Source of the DNA: Macrostomum lignano
Lineage: Eukaryota
Reading direction: 5' to 3'
Length of the DNA: 64,000 bases
NCBI GenBank assembly: GCA_002269645.1
Contig: NIVC01000406.1
Location: 260,724-324,723, forward strand
Part shown: positions 1 to 11,600 of the stretch, piece after piece
Numbering within the stretch: the first letter of the stretch is position 1
Layout of the letters: each line of letters starts with the position of its first letter
Made by a program: the position numbers and the translations under genes
Notes under the pieces: model-generated
Databases searched by the model: none
Told to the model about the DNA's origin: nothing
What the model saw: the letters and a program-made list of their open reading frames with translations, nothing else

Positions 1-3000
1 TCAACTTCGGAATTGAACCGGAAGTAGAGTTCAGAATCAGGATGGTTCCAGAATTGTGTCAAAATAGTCAAAAACTCACCGAGATAAATGCAAGGCAGGC
101 GATTCTGGCGAGCCACTTCCTGGGCGCGCAGGTGTTTTTTCACCGTGATTGGGTAGTAGGAGCCGCCCTTCACAGTCGGGTCATTGGCGACTATCACGCA
201 TTCGACTCTGTGAAAGCATTTGAAAATCACACCAATTAGTGCCTGGCAATCTGACCAAATTAGTGACAGATGAATAAGGTTAACAAGGCTGACTCACCCA
301 CTAACCTGGCCGATGCCAGTGATGATACCACCAGCTGGCACCTCCTCTTTGCCATAGAGCTCGTGTCCTGCCAGCTGCGACAGCTCAAGGAATGCAGATC
401 CGGGATCCAGCAGGTGGCCAATCCGGTCTCTGGGCAGCAGCTTGCCACGGCTCAGATGCCGCTCACGAGCCTTTTCACCTCCACCTAGTTGAGCCCAAGT
501 TAATTAGCAACTGTGTAATTAGCAACAAATTCCCCAACTTTAACTAAGAAATTTTAAACTCACCTTTTAAAACATGCTGAATCTTGGATTCCAGATCAGA
601 GACCAGCTTCTTCATGTTGGCATAGTTAGTCTAAAAATTATAGAAACAATACACAATATATAGTCTAGCTATTACTATATACAGATGTCACTGGCATAGT
701 GTCAGTTGCAATTAAAGTACTGAAAATTTCGGAATCCATTTTTTTTTCAGCAGTTGTCTACACAATGTAACTATTTTGACTTAAACGTGACAGCAAAAAA
801 GCTTTTTTCTTTCCTTGGGGTTTGCAGCCACAGGGGCATATGGGGTCAAGAATGAATTATAAGCATTTAACTCAATATGCACACTTAAATTGAATGCAAG
901 ATGGACAAAACTCAGCCTAGGAGACAGGCCCAATCTAGCTCAGCTAATGAGAGAGCAGTAAAGAAATAGGTTAAAATCAAATATAAGCATAGGGTGCCAC
1001 CAGCCACCTCCATTGGAACCAAGCTCAGTTCTACTTTATAACTAGATATTTTAACTGCTTTTGGTATTCTTGTCCCCTTGGTAATATTAATAATAATAAT
1101 TAATTACACCTGCCCTGATTGGGACAGATACAATTGATATGACAGCTTAGCTATAGCTACTGTGTGGTATATTAGAAGACTACAGATAGCTATTTAGTCC
1201 AGAGACTGGGGGTTACCACACACCCTCAATTACCCTAGCTAGGCACAATTCTGGTACCTATTTTATAGCTGGGTGAACTGAAGCAATGCAGAGTTAAGTG
1301 TCCTGCTCAATGACACAAATTGTTTTAGTGGGATTGGGAATTGAACTTTCCAACCTTCAAGTTATAAGTCTACCAGTAGGCCTATCTAATGCTCTTACCA
1401 CTACATGGCTACAACCCATACATGTGCAACCTCCAAAACTTGGTTGGCCATGCAACTTAGTTTTAACAAAAAATGCAACATAGTCTTTGGCCAAAAATGC
1501 GACTTACCTAAAAAAGAAAGTAAAGCAAAATTAATGCAATTTTGGGTAAATGGCAGGAGTAACTATTACTATCATATTAAGGCAAAATGCATCATCATCT
1601 AATTAGTACTATGTCTGTATTCCTTTTAGTGGGGCATTTTTGCAACTTACCTTAGTTGGCTGCCAAATCTGTTGGCCAGATTTTAGTCCTTTTAGTACTA
1701 TATTACTACTACTAGGTATAATAAAAATGAAAAATTTTTGGATAATTTCTTGGAAAATTTCAAATTAATCTTTGCATCTATGAAGGAAAGAATTCTAAAT
1801 CTTTTTGGCTTTAATATAGTATTTTTCCTATCTTCTTTGACTATGAGCAAGCAGCAAGCTTTGCGGCAAAGTGCTGCCAAGCTGCTCCATGTGGACCTGC
1901 CTCCAAAGACAATCTATGCACAACTAAGTACAGATTGGCAATAGTTTACTAAGTGAAAACAACAATCTAGCACTAAGGCTATATATGCCTGCCATAAGCC
2001 AAGGAGTGGTTTCCTTGGCAAGACAATTGCTATCATGAAAACCAAGATTTGCCCTGATCCTTAGCAGTCAATTAGAAACTAACAGCTAAGCATAGAATGA
2101 TGCCAATGTCAATGCCATAGTCCGGATCATGCTAGGTGCATGCCTGAACAAAAATTGAATTATTACAAATGCACGCCGAAAAAAAATTAGTGCATGCCCA
2201 TTCTCAAAAATACACTAGTGTTGCAACAATAAATGACCTTTTTTACGTTGTGACAGTAAGACTTTTTTTAAATTGCGTAATAGACCCTTATTATTAGATA
2301 ATTTTGTTGCTTTTAAAGCTTTTTTGACAATACTATTTATAGCGAAGAGTTTATACACGCAAAGATTTGTTTAAATACTCTTTTACGAGCTAGAAAAAAC
2401 CGAAAGCTTGAAATTTGCACCTAAACATGAACTTTTTTCATCTTTTTTCTACTTTACAATAACTCTTACACATGATTCTATAAGTGCATGCCAGGTGTGC
2501 ACGCATACTTTTTTCTCAAGAGTGATGCACGCCAACTGTGCACGCCTAATTTTGGCATGCAAGGCCAATGCATGCCTGAATTTTCGGGCATATACTACAT
2601 GATCTAGAGTGTGATGTCAATGCATAGACTGGTAAAGGCTGACTTGCATCTGCACTTGGTTTGCAAGGCAACTTGTCACTAAGGTGCAAGTGGTAATGGT
2701 CTGCAGTCATTTCGTCTGCTGCTTTTTCATCTGCCAAAGAATTTTAGCAGACAAAACGACTTTTATATTTATGTTTATTTTGGTTCACTTATTTAGTATT
2801 TTTATGTAGGGAATTAAAATAAATTAGTATAAGCAAGTTTTAAGTATGTTTTCTTATTTATATTGATACATTTTGTTTTTTTTCATGCAGTATTCGTGAA
2901 TAAATTGCATATGAGTTTACATTTTCTGTGCCTACAATTTTGATTGCTCTTTACATTTTACACTTTGTGCATTTAAGCTACTTGTATTCGTGAATGACTA

Positions 3001-4924
3001 TGATAAGTACTTCCGGCGCCTCAGCCTAAGTAAAAAGGCTCTTACGCCACTAGAGATAAATAAGTTCCACATTGGGAGTGTACTAATGTACACTAAAAGC
3101 CATATTAGACTATAGAGGACTGTACAGGGCAGTATCAGAAAAACCAAACCTCCCCGGGGGACAGTAGCGGTTCGACGAACCAGTCAGGAAGCCCGTGCCC
3201 ACAAACCAGGTTAGAAGGCCCCCATAGCCTATTAGAGATGGCCCGAAGGCCTAGAGCCGTGGCAACCATGCTGGGGCCGACCACCCCTCTACCCCCAGGT
3301 ACAAATCATAAACCTCCCCGAGGCCCATGGGGGTTGAGAGAACCAATCAGGGAAGCCCGTGCCTACTCCTGGGTTAGAAAAGCCAATGCCGGTCATTTGA
3401 CCGCTCCCCACGGCCGTGGCAACCCGAAGGAGCCTCCCCCCCAACTAAGCCCCGGGTACTCTTGCCAACAGACAGTCTCTTATCTTTGAAGCAGCAGGAG
3501 GGCTAATCGCCGGGACTGTTTCACCCTTTGCTTCGCCAACCCGCCATTTCTATTGTGACCGTGCCAACGGTCCCGTCCTGCTCAGACTCAGTCCTGGTTC
3601 TGGCACACTCCAGCTTTAATAGGGTCGCTGGCTGTACGCTCAGAGGGCGCCTGAGGGATACCATCAGAGCACCTTGGTACAGGTATAGGCCTGCCTTCTT
3701 ATACAGCTACCCACAGCCCCTCCCGATCCACTATTACCCTCCAACCCAGCCTACTCACTCATTACAAGCTTTCAGCCAGGCAGAGACAAGTTTCACAGAA
3801 GTGACTGCGGTTAGGCGTCTCTATGCGAGACAAAACCACTATATTCATGAATAAACCACTAAAAGGTTTAGTCTAAACCACTGTATTTGTGAATAAATTG
3901 CATATGAGTTTACATTTTCTGTGTCTACAATTTCGATTGCTCCTTACATTTTACACTTTGTGCATTTAAACTATTTGTATTCGTGAATAAATTGCATATG
4001 AGTTTAAATACACGAAAAAAAAGAAAGTTGGAAGGAAACTAAACGGTTAGAGATATTTGCTTCTGGCTTTGTGTATTTATATGCAACATATTAGCTCCAG
4101 AACTTTCAGAAAAATCCTAGCATTATAATAAATTATAATTAATAAGACATTTACATTACACTTCCATGCAAAGCTTGATGACATAATTAGTTATTCCGGT
4201 TTATATATTATATATATTGGCAGATGAAAGGACTATATTGTATATTGGCAGACTAAAAGGTAGCAGACGAAAAGGCGGCAGACAAAATGACTGTCAACCG
4301 TGGTAATTGCAGCAGTTGCATGATTTGCTCAACTAGATCAAAGGCCATGGTGCTGGATAGACCATCATCTTTTTAGAGAAGAAGCTGTTTATGGTTGACC
4401 TAGTGCATAACTGGCATAATGATAGAATCCTTGCAGCATCTACCAATGATGCCAGTCCCAAGGTTGTCAGCATTACCACCATAAAGCATTGACTTAGATT
4501 TTCATGTTTTACATTGACTTATATTTGTTAGGCCTATCAAATACTAGGCTCCCCTACTCAAAACAAAAATATCTAGCATAGTAATAAACATAAGCCATAA
4601 ATTCTTAATTAGTATTATTAATAGTACCTAGTTCTAATTATATAGTTTATTTTATATCTTTGCACAGAGATTTTGTTTCTTGGCTAAGAGTTTTTATTAG
4701 AATTGGCTAACTCTAAATTTGCAACTTTTTGAACCAACTGCTTGCTAATTATATTTATAGTTACATTACAGAACATGCAAAATATAGTGAAATTCCTTTG
4801 AGCCTACCTTATATACATTATCATTTGTATCTATATTAGACTTGAATGCACACAATGAACGAAAAGGCTGGCGAAAATTTCTTTGCGCTATCATTATGTT
4901 GAACTGCAATGTTTTAATCGACAT
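1..4924 (-). CDS. MCCC2: Methylcrotonoyl-CoA carboxylase beta chain, 5' part (continues off the left edge)
   Basis: Exons on -: 4924-4808 ([28 protein letters not shown]..., transit-peptide-like), 630-564 ([14 protein letters not shown]), 484-298 ([22 protein letters not shown]...[11 protein letters not shown]), 207-80 ([42 protein letters not shown]), next exon probably starts at 4 (VD of VDSGG). All junctions are GT-AG with compatible phases. Motifs match recalled MCCC2. Exon 1 is the least certain. Confidence 0.92.
1190..1400 (-). mobile_element. tRNA-derived SINE, degraded copy in MCCC2 intron 1
   Basis: Reverse complement of the core seen at 12.8-13.1 kb and 52.5-52.8 kb (gctgggtgaactgaagcaatgcagagttaagtgtc..gacacaaattg). 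Boundaries approximate. Confidence 0.7.
2698..4299. mobile_element. Non-autonomous TIR DNA transposon (GG..CC termini, 8-bp TSD), Merlin-like or other
   Basis: Exact direct repeat gtggtaat at 2690-2697 and 4300-4307. Imperfect TIRs ggtctgcagtcatttcgtctg and cagacaaaatgactgtcaacc. No transposase ORF recognised. Confidence 0.7.
2996..3882. mobile_element. Unclassified GC-richer insertion nested in the 2698-4299 element
   Basis: It interrupts a ~94-bp AT-rich tandem unit and is flanked by tgtattcgtgaat (2983-2995) and tgtatttgtgaat (3882-3894), a ~13-bp duplication with one mismatch. Confidence 0.5.
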
Positions 4925-5617
4925 TGCATCAAAAATTTAATTAGGTTTAGAAAAAATGATTTTAACAAATTAGGCTCGTTTCGACAAGTCTTCAGAATAT
5001 AGATCCGTCTATTGGCTATCAAATTATTTCTAACATTACTAACTAGAAAGATAAGAGTTCATCTAAACGTCAGTTTAGGGAGTGAAGGTTTGCGTGGTGG
5101 AGCACTCAAGAAGAGCAAGAAAAAATAAGTTACGAACGAATCGTGCTTAGAAACTTAACATAATTAATTTAAAAAATAAATACTTGTTACTAGTTATTTT
5201 AAAAGACTTTGCTTTTTAATAGTGACGGTAACAACTAAACAACAGAAACGCGCATATTCAGTCCTTCAAAATAAGTAAGGGTAAAGTAGTTTGTTAATAT
5301 TTGTAAAATGTTAGCATATAAACAAAATATTCACATACCTAGGCACAGTTTTTGTTTTTTGATAACTAAATAAAATCAAAGTTAAAATGTATTTTTAAAC
5401 ATTGGTTACATTTAACAAAAATTTCATCCTCCTCGTCGTCGTCAGTGCGTTCGGTGGTGGATAGTAAAAATATTATTACTTTATTATTATTATTATATCA
5501 TAGGCCCTACTTTTCACTGTTGTCCTCAAAAATCATTGTATTGAAATCAATTGTTCCCCATTAACACCGACTCTGACTGTGACTCCGACTCAAAGTAAAG
5601 ATTTCTAAATATTTGCT

Positions 5618-8600
5618 ATGGCCATGATGCTTGGTGGTAATTCTCTCTTCCCAGCTAATGCCAATGGCAATAATAGTGCACTTTATCAAAATGCCCAAGA
5701 CTTTAATCAGCGAGCAGTGTCTTTCAGTAAGTATGCCCAACCCAAATTTGTTAGTTTTTATTCAGCAAATATAAATTAAATCACTTTTAGTTATGCTTAC
5801 TTTTACTATGGCCTACTTTTGTTGCATTTTTTAAAGTTTCATATAGTGGATTTAATAATAATCTTTGTCAAATGACAAAGAAAGATGACACAGATCCAGA
5901 ATTTTTGCAGGGAAGAGACAACCTATAGGCTTTAAGTTCAAACTAGGAATGAGAAAAATCATGTTATAATGGTTTAATAATTCTATTATTAGAGGCAAAT
6001 ATATTTTTTTTAAACTTCAATCATTAGGATACTAATTTGCAATATAGCTATTAGATTAGCATGCATAAAATTATTTTTAAGCTTCTAAAGATATGTTATT
6101 TTATTTTATTAGATTTTATTTTTATATCCAAGAAAGATGACTCAAATATTTATTATATAAGTTGACTCATTCTTCAATATGTGATAAATAAATAGTTTTA
6201 TAGCCTAGTTTAAAATCTTAATAATATAAAAATCCAAATATAGCACAAATACAATACAGTATACAAATATAAACATCTAAATATATTAAATCTCTAAGTC
6301 TAAGGTTTGCATGTTTGCCAGTAAGTATCTATCTATCTAGGTATATAATCATTTTTAGAAAAGATGGCTTGACCAATTTTCATGAGACTTGCACTGTTCA
6401 ATAAGAAATTTTCCCATGATAGTACATGTAATTGTTTGATTGAAATTTGTTTGTTTGACTGTTTGATTGAAAGAAATTGCTTGATGCTAAAGGGATTTGA
6501 TATTTAAAAAACATGCTTTTTTACAAAGGTCAAGCAGCTCTTTTGAATTAAAATGCATTGCAAGAATGCTAAAAAAAACTGACTGGTTGAATTCTAATTC
6601 TGAAATAGATTGCATCAGACTAGGCTTTTATTTATTCAGTCTGTGTACTGGCTGAATTTTGACACTGACTTAAATTATGTCATAGTATTGAAAATGCAAT
6701 GTGGAAGCAGTGTAAGACCAAGATGGCCACACACCAAGATGGCCATAGCCACAACATTAAATCTCTATTATATCTGCTTTCTCTCTAATAATAATTAGCA
6801 ACTTAATAGCTATTGTTTTATTATCATAGTTTGATAGTCATGCATTATTTTGTTTTAATCAATCATATTTATAAATATTGATATAATAATTAGATTTGAA
6901 ACCAATTAATCATAATATAAAAATATGAATCTTTTTAGTTTTTGTGCCAATTTATTCCCATAAGGCCATATATATTAAATATATCATTATTAGTTTATTA
7001 AGAAACCATTGCTAATAATAATGCTATGCAAAAATGAGATAAATATGCGACTAGGTATTTATTTTATGCTTGGCTACTTGCTTTATTTAGTAAATAAACA
7101 TATATAGGTCCAGCCAAAATAAAAGCTAGGCCTAAAAACAAAGGGAATGATTATAATGTAATATAATTCTATTTTAGCATCTATCTTTCTAATTATTACT
7201 AATAGGAAAATGGAAATGAATGAAATATATAGACCTATACTTATTATTATTTATTTTAATTTAGACATTTAGATCTGTGGCCATCTTGGTGTGTGGCTAT
7301 CTTGGTCATGTGCCGTGGAAGCCAGGGTGTTTTAACCTAGGGTGGGCTAAAGAATTGTACAAGTGGGCCTAAATGACCAAATAGGGGAGAGAGTAAAGAG
7401 CAGAGACGAGGAGGAAGAAGAGAGGGAAGAGACAAGAAGAGAAGAGAGACAAAAATAAGAGAGAAGAGAGGAAAAAAAGAGGAATGATCTAAGGGATATA
7501 GAGAGAGGCAGAGGCCAGAGTTTGCCAATACATGTTTTCAACAAACATTGTCTGACATTCTGCCAATGAGATCAATGCTTGCCTCAAATCTAATTTTACA
7601 CAAATTTACTCCATTTTTGTTTACATCTATCCTCTATTATTAACAAGTTTCTGTTTCAGTATAACTTTAGATTTAACTTTTAAATGTTAAAGTTTTACAG
7701 ATTAGGTCAAGTCATTATCATCATATGATGATTTTGAATATGATTATTTCAACTGTACCATTTTTCTTGGCATACTTACTGCACTGGTGTACAATAAACT
7801 TTGGTATATAGAATTGGCATATTGGTGTATAGAACTATTTGAAGTGCCACATAACTGTAAGCATGTTACAGTTTCCAGAACAAAATTTTATATTTTTAAG
7901 ATATTACAATTTAGATTATAATACTATCTCTACTTTCTCCTCTCTTGTCTTGATCCTCTCCTATCTACTCTTTCTTGTCTCATCTCTTCTCTTGATCATC
8001 TCTAATTTGTACTCTCCTATTTATCATCTCTCCTCTCTTCTATCAACTCTCTCCTCTCTTCTATCAACTCTCATCTCTTCTATCAACTCTCTCCTCTCTT
8101 TTATCAACTCTCTCCTCTCTTTTATCAACTCTCTCCTCTCTTCGCTATTCCTTTTACTTTCTCTTCTTTACTCTTTTAGCCCCCTAGCCTATTCCAGCAA
8201 AATAGATATTAATATAAATAATCAGACAGTTGAGTAGCCCCAAATAGTTAATTTCATAGTTCTGTTTAACCTGAAAACTATTGGTGGCTTACACATTGCC
8301 ATTCCTTTGCCTCTAATTAGTGCCAGGCGCACAGACACCGCTGATGCTGCCAGGTGGAAGTGGCAGCGGCGGGCCCTTCAACATGGGGCCTCTCCAGCAC
8401 CAGCTGCCGCCCCAGCCGCCTTCCTCGGGAGCTGGCAGCGTCCACAGCGCCGGAGCTGGCGGCAGCGGCAGCATGGGTGGTGGCGGGAACGGCCCGCTGA
8501 CGTCCGGCTCTTCCGGCGGTGGCTCCGGCTTCGGCGGCGGAGGCGGCGGCGCCGGCGGCAGCGAGTCGGGAGAGCCTTCGCCGCCGTCCATCATCTTCCA

Positions 8601-11600
8601 GCCGCCTGTGCGGCCGGGTCGCGGCATGGAGGGCCGCCACATCGGCCTGCGGGCCAACCACTTTGAGATTAAGTTACCCAAGGGCTTCCTGCATCACTAC
8701 GACGTGTCAATCATGCCTGACAAGTGTCCGAGGCGCATTAACCGCGAGATTGTTGATATCATGGTGAACTCGATGCACCATCAGAAGTACTTCTTCAACC
8801 AGCGTCCGGTGTTCGATGGTCGCAAGAATTTGTACACCAGGGACCCCCTGCCGTTTGGAACCGACCGGCTCGAGCTGGAGGTCACCCTGCCCGGCGAGGG
8901 CAGCAAGGACCGCGTGTTCAAGGTACTGAGGCTGATTCTTTTCCTGCGGGCTAGATTAGCAATCCATTCTATTCCTGCATCCATGATAGGCTAGATTAGC
9001 AATCCATTCTATTCCTGCATCCATAATAGGCTAGATTAGCAATCCATTCTATTCCTGCATCCGTGATAGGCTAGATTAGCAATCCATTCTATTCCTGCAT
9101 CCGTGATTGGCTAGATTAGCAATCCATTCTATTCCTGCCTCCGTGATAGGCTAGATTAGCAATCCATTCTATTCCTGCATCCATGATAGGCTAGATTAGC
9201 AATCCATTCTACTCCTGCATCCATGATAGGCTAGATTAGCAATCCGTTCTATTCCTGCATCCATGATAGGCTAGATTAGCAATCCATTCTATTCCTGCAT
9301 CCATGATAGGCTAGATTAGCAATCCATTCTATTCCTGCATTCATGATAGGCTAGATTAGCAATCCATTCTATTCCTGCACCCATGATAGGCTAGATTAGC
9401 AATCCATTCTATTCCTGCACCCATGATAGGCTAGATTAGCAATCCATTCTATTCCTGCACCCATGATAGGCTAGATTAGCAATCCATTCTATTCCTGCAC
9501 CCATGATAGGCTAGATTAGCAATCCATTCTATTCCTGCCTCCGTGATAGGCTAGATTAGCAATCCATTCTATTCCTGCACCCATGATAGGCTAGATTAGC
9601 AATCCATTCTATTCCTGCCTCCGTGATAGGCTAGATTAGCAATCCATTCTATTCCTGCATCCATGATAGGCTAGATTAGCAATCCATTCTATTCCTGCCT
9701 CCGTGATAGGCTAGATTAGCAATCCATTCTATTCCTGCATCCATGATAGGCTAGATTAGCAATCCATTCTATTCCTGCACCCATGATAGGCTAGATTAGC
9801 AATCCATTCTATTCCTGCACCCATGATAGGCTAGATTAGCAATCCATTCTATTCCTGCATTCATGATAGGCTAGATTAGCAATCCATTCTATTCCTGCAC
9901 CCATGATAGGCTAGATTAGCAATCCATTCTATTCCTGCCTCCGTGATAGGATAGATTAGCAATCCATTCTATTCCTGCATCTCAGACAGGCTAGATTAGC
10001 AATCCATTCTATTCCTGCATCCATGATAGGCTAGATTAGCAATCCATTCTATTCCAGCATCCCTGTACGAGTAGACCAGACTAGCAACCCAACTCTCTTT
10101 CATCCAGGTGATGATGAAGTACCTGGGCGAAGTGTCGCTATTCGCTCTCGAGGAGGCCCTTGAAGGCCGACGCCAGAACATTCCAGCCGAAGCGGTGAAC
10201 GCCCTGGACGTGGTGATGAGGCACCTGCCCAGCCTCCAGTACACCCCGGTTGGCCGGTCGTTTTTCCAGCCGCCTGAGATGAACGACCATCCGCTGGGCA
10301 GCGGCCGGGAGGTGTGGTTCGGCTTCCACCAGAGCGTGCGGCCCAGCCACTGGAAGATGATGCTCAACATTGACGTGTCCGCCACCGCGTTCTACAAAGC
10401 GCAGACAGTTTGCGAGTTTCTGTGCGATGTGCTGGAGATTCAGGTAAAAATTCTCCATTTTTTTAACGAGTATGATTTTCACATTGCTGCTTTTAGTAGC
10501 ATGCTGTAGGAATTTACCAAAATCCGCTCTGTAATCAGCAGATCCGTGATCTGGAGGAGTACAACAAGAAGCCGCTGAGCGACTGCAACAGGGTGAAGTT
10601 CACCAAGGAGATCAAAGGCCTGAAGATTGAGATCACCCACTGCGGCCAGATGCGCCGCAAGTACCGCGTCTGCAACGTCACCAGGCGCTCGGCCAGCACG
10701 CAGAGCTTCCCGCTGCAGATGGAGAACGGCCAGACTCTTGAGTGCACGGTGGCCAAGTACTTTGCTGAGCGGTACAAGATGAAGCTGCGGTACCCCATGC
10801 TGCCCTGTCTGCAGGTAAGACTTTTTTATCACTTGTTCCATTGTGACTGGCCTCTATGAACCACTTGTTCCATTGTGACAACAATAAACTATATGTATAA
10901 GTATCGCTGTTATTCTTCCAGGTGGGCCTGGAGAACAAGCACACCTACCTGCCACTGGAGGTGTGCAACATTGTCAGCGGCCAGCGCTGCATCAAGAAGC
11001 TGACGGACTCGCAGACGTCCACCATGATCAAGGCCACGGCCAGGTCCGCCCCGGACCGGGAGCGCGAGATCAACAACCTGGTGCGGAAGGCCAATTTTAG
11101 TCACGACAGTCACCTGCAGACCTTTGGCATTCAGGTTTGTGAATTATGGAGTGCGTTTATGGATTGCCGTGTGCTTAATAATGCTGTTTTACTTGAGCAC
11201 ATTCAACCGAAACACATTAGGACTACTTAATGTAACTTTCTGGTTTCTTACGAGTATTCCTAGAAAAAGAAGCAAGTCTAGCCAGGATAGGACAGATTAT
11301 TGAATTATTTATCAAAAGTTGGAGACTTTTCTGTCAGTTTTATGCGATTTATGTCAGGATTATGGGATTTCCTGTCAGTGTTGTGGGAATTCCTGTCAGG
11401 GTTATGGGATTTCCTTTCAGGGTTGTGGGAATTCCTGTCAGGATTGTGGGAATTCCTGTCAGGGTTGTGGGAATTCCTATCAGGGTTATCAGATTTCCTG
11501 TCAGTGTTGTGGGAATTCCTGTCAGGGTTATCGGATTTCCTGTCAGTGTTGAAGGAATTCCTGTCAGGGTTATCGGATTTCCTGTCAGTGTTGTGGGAAT

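Noticed and set aside
2119-2610. Possible MITE with tgcatgcc motifs
   Set aside because: The inverted ends are too degenerate and no TSD was found.
8949-10061. CRISPR-like appearance of regular 24-42-bp repeats here and elsewhere
   Set aside because: Units are directly adjacent with no unique spacers, there are no cas genes, and the context is eukaryotic.
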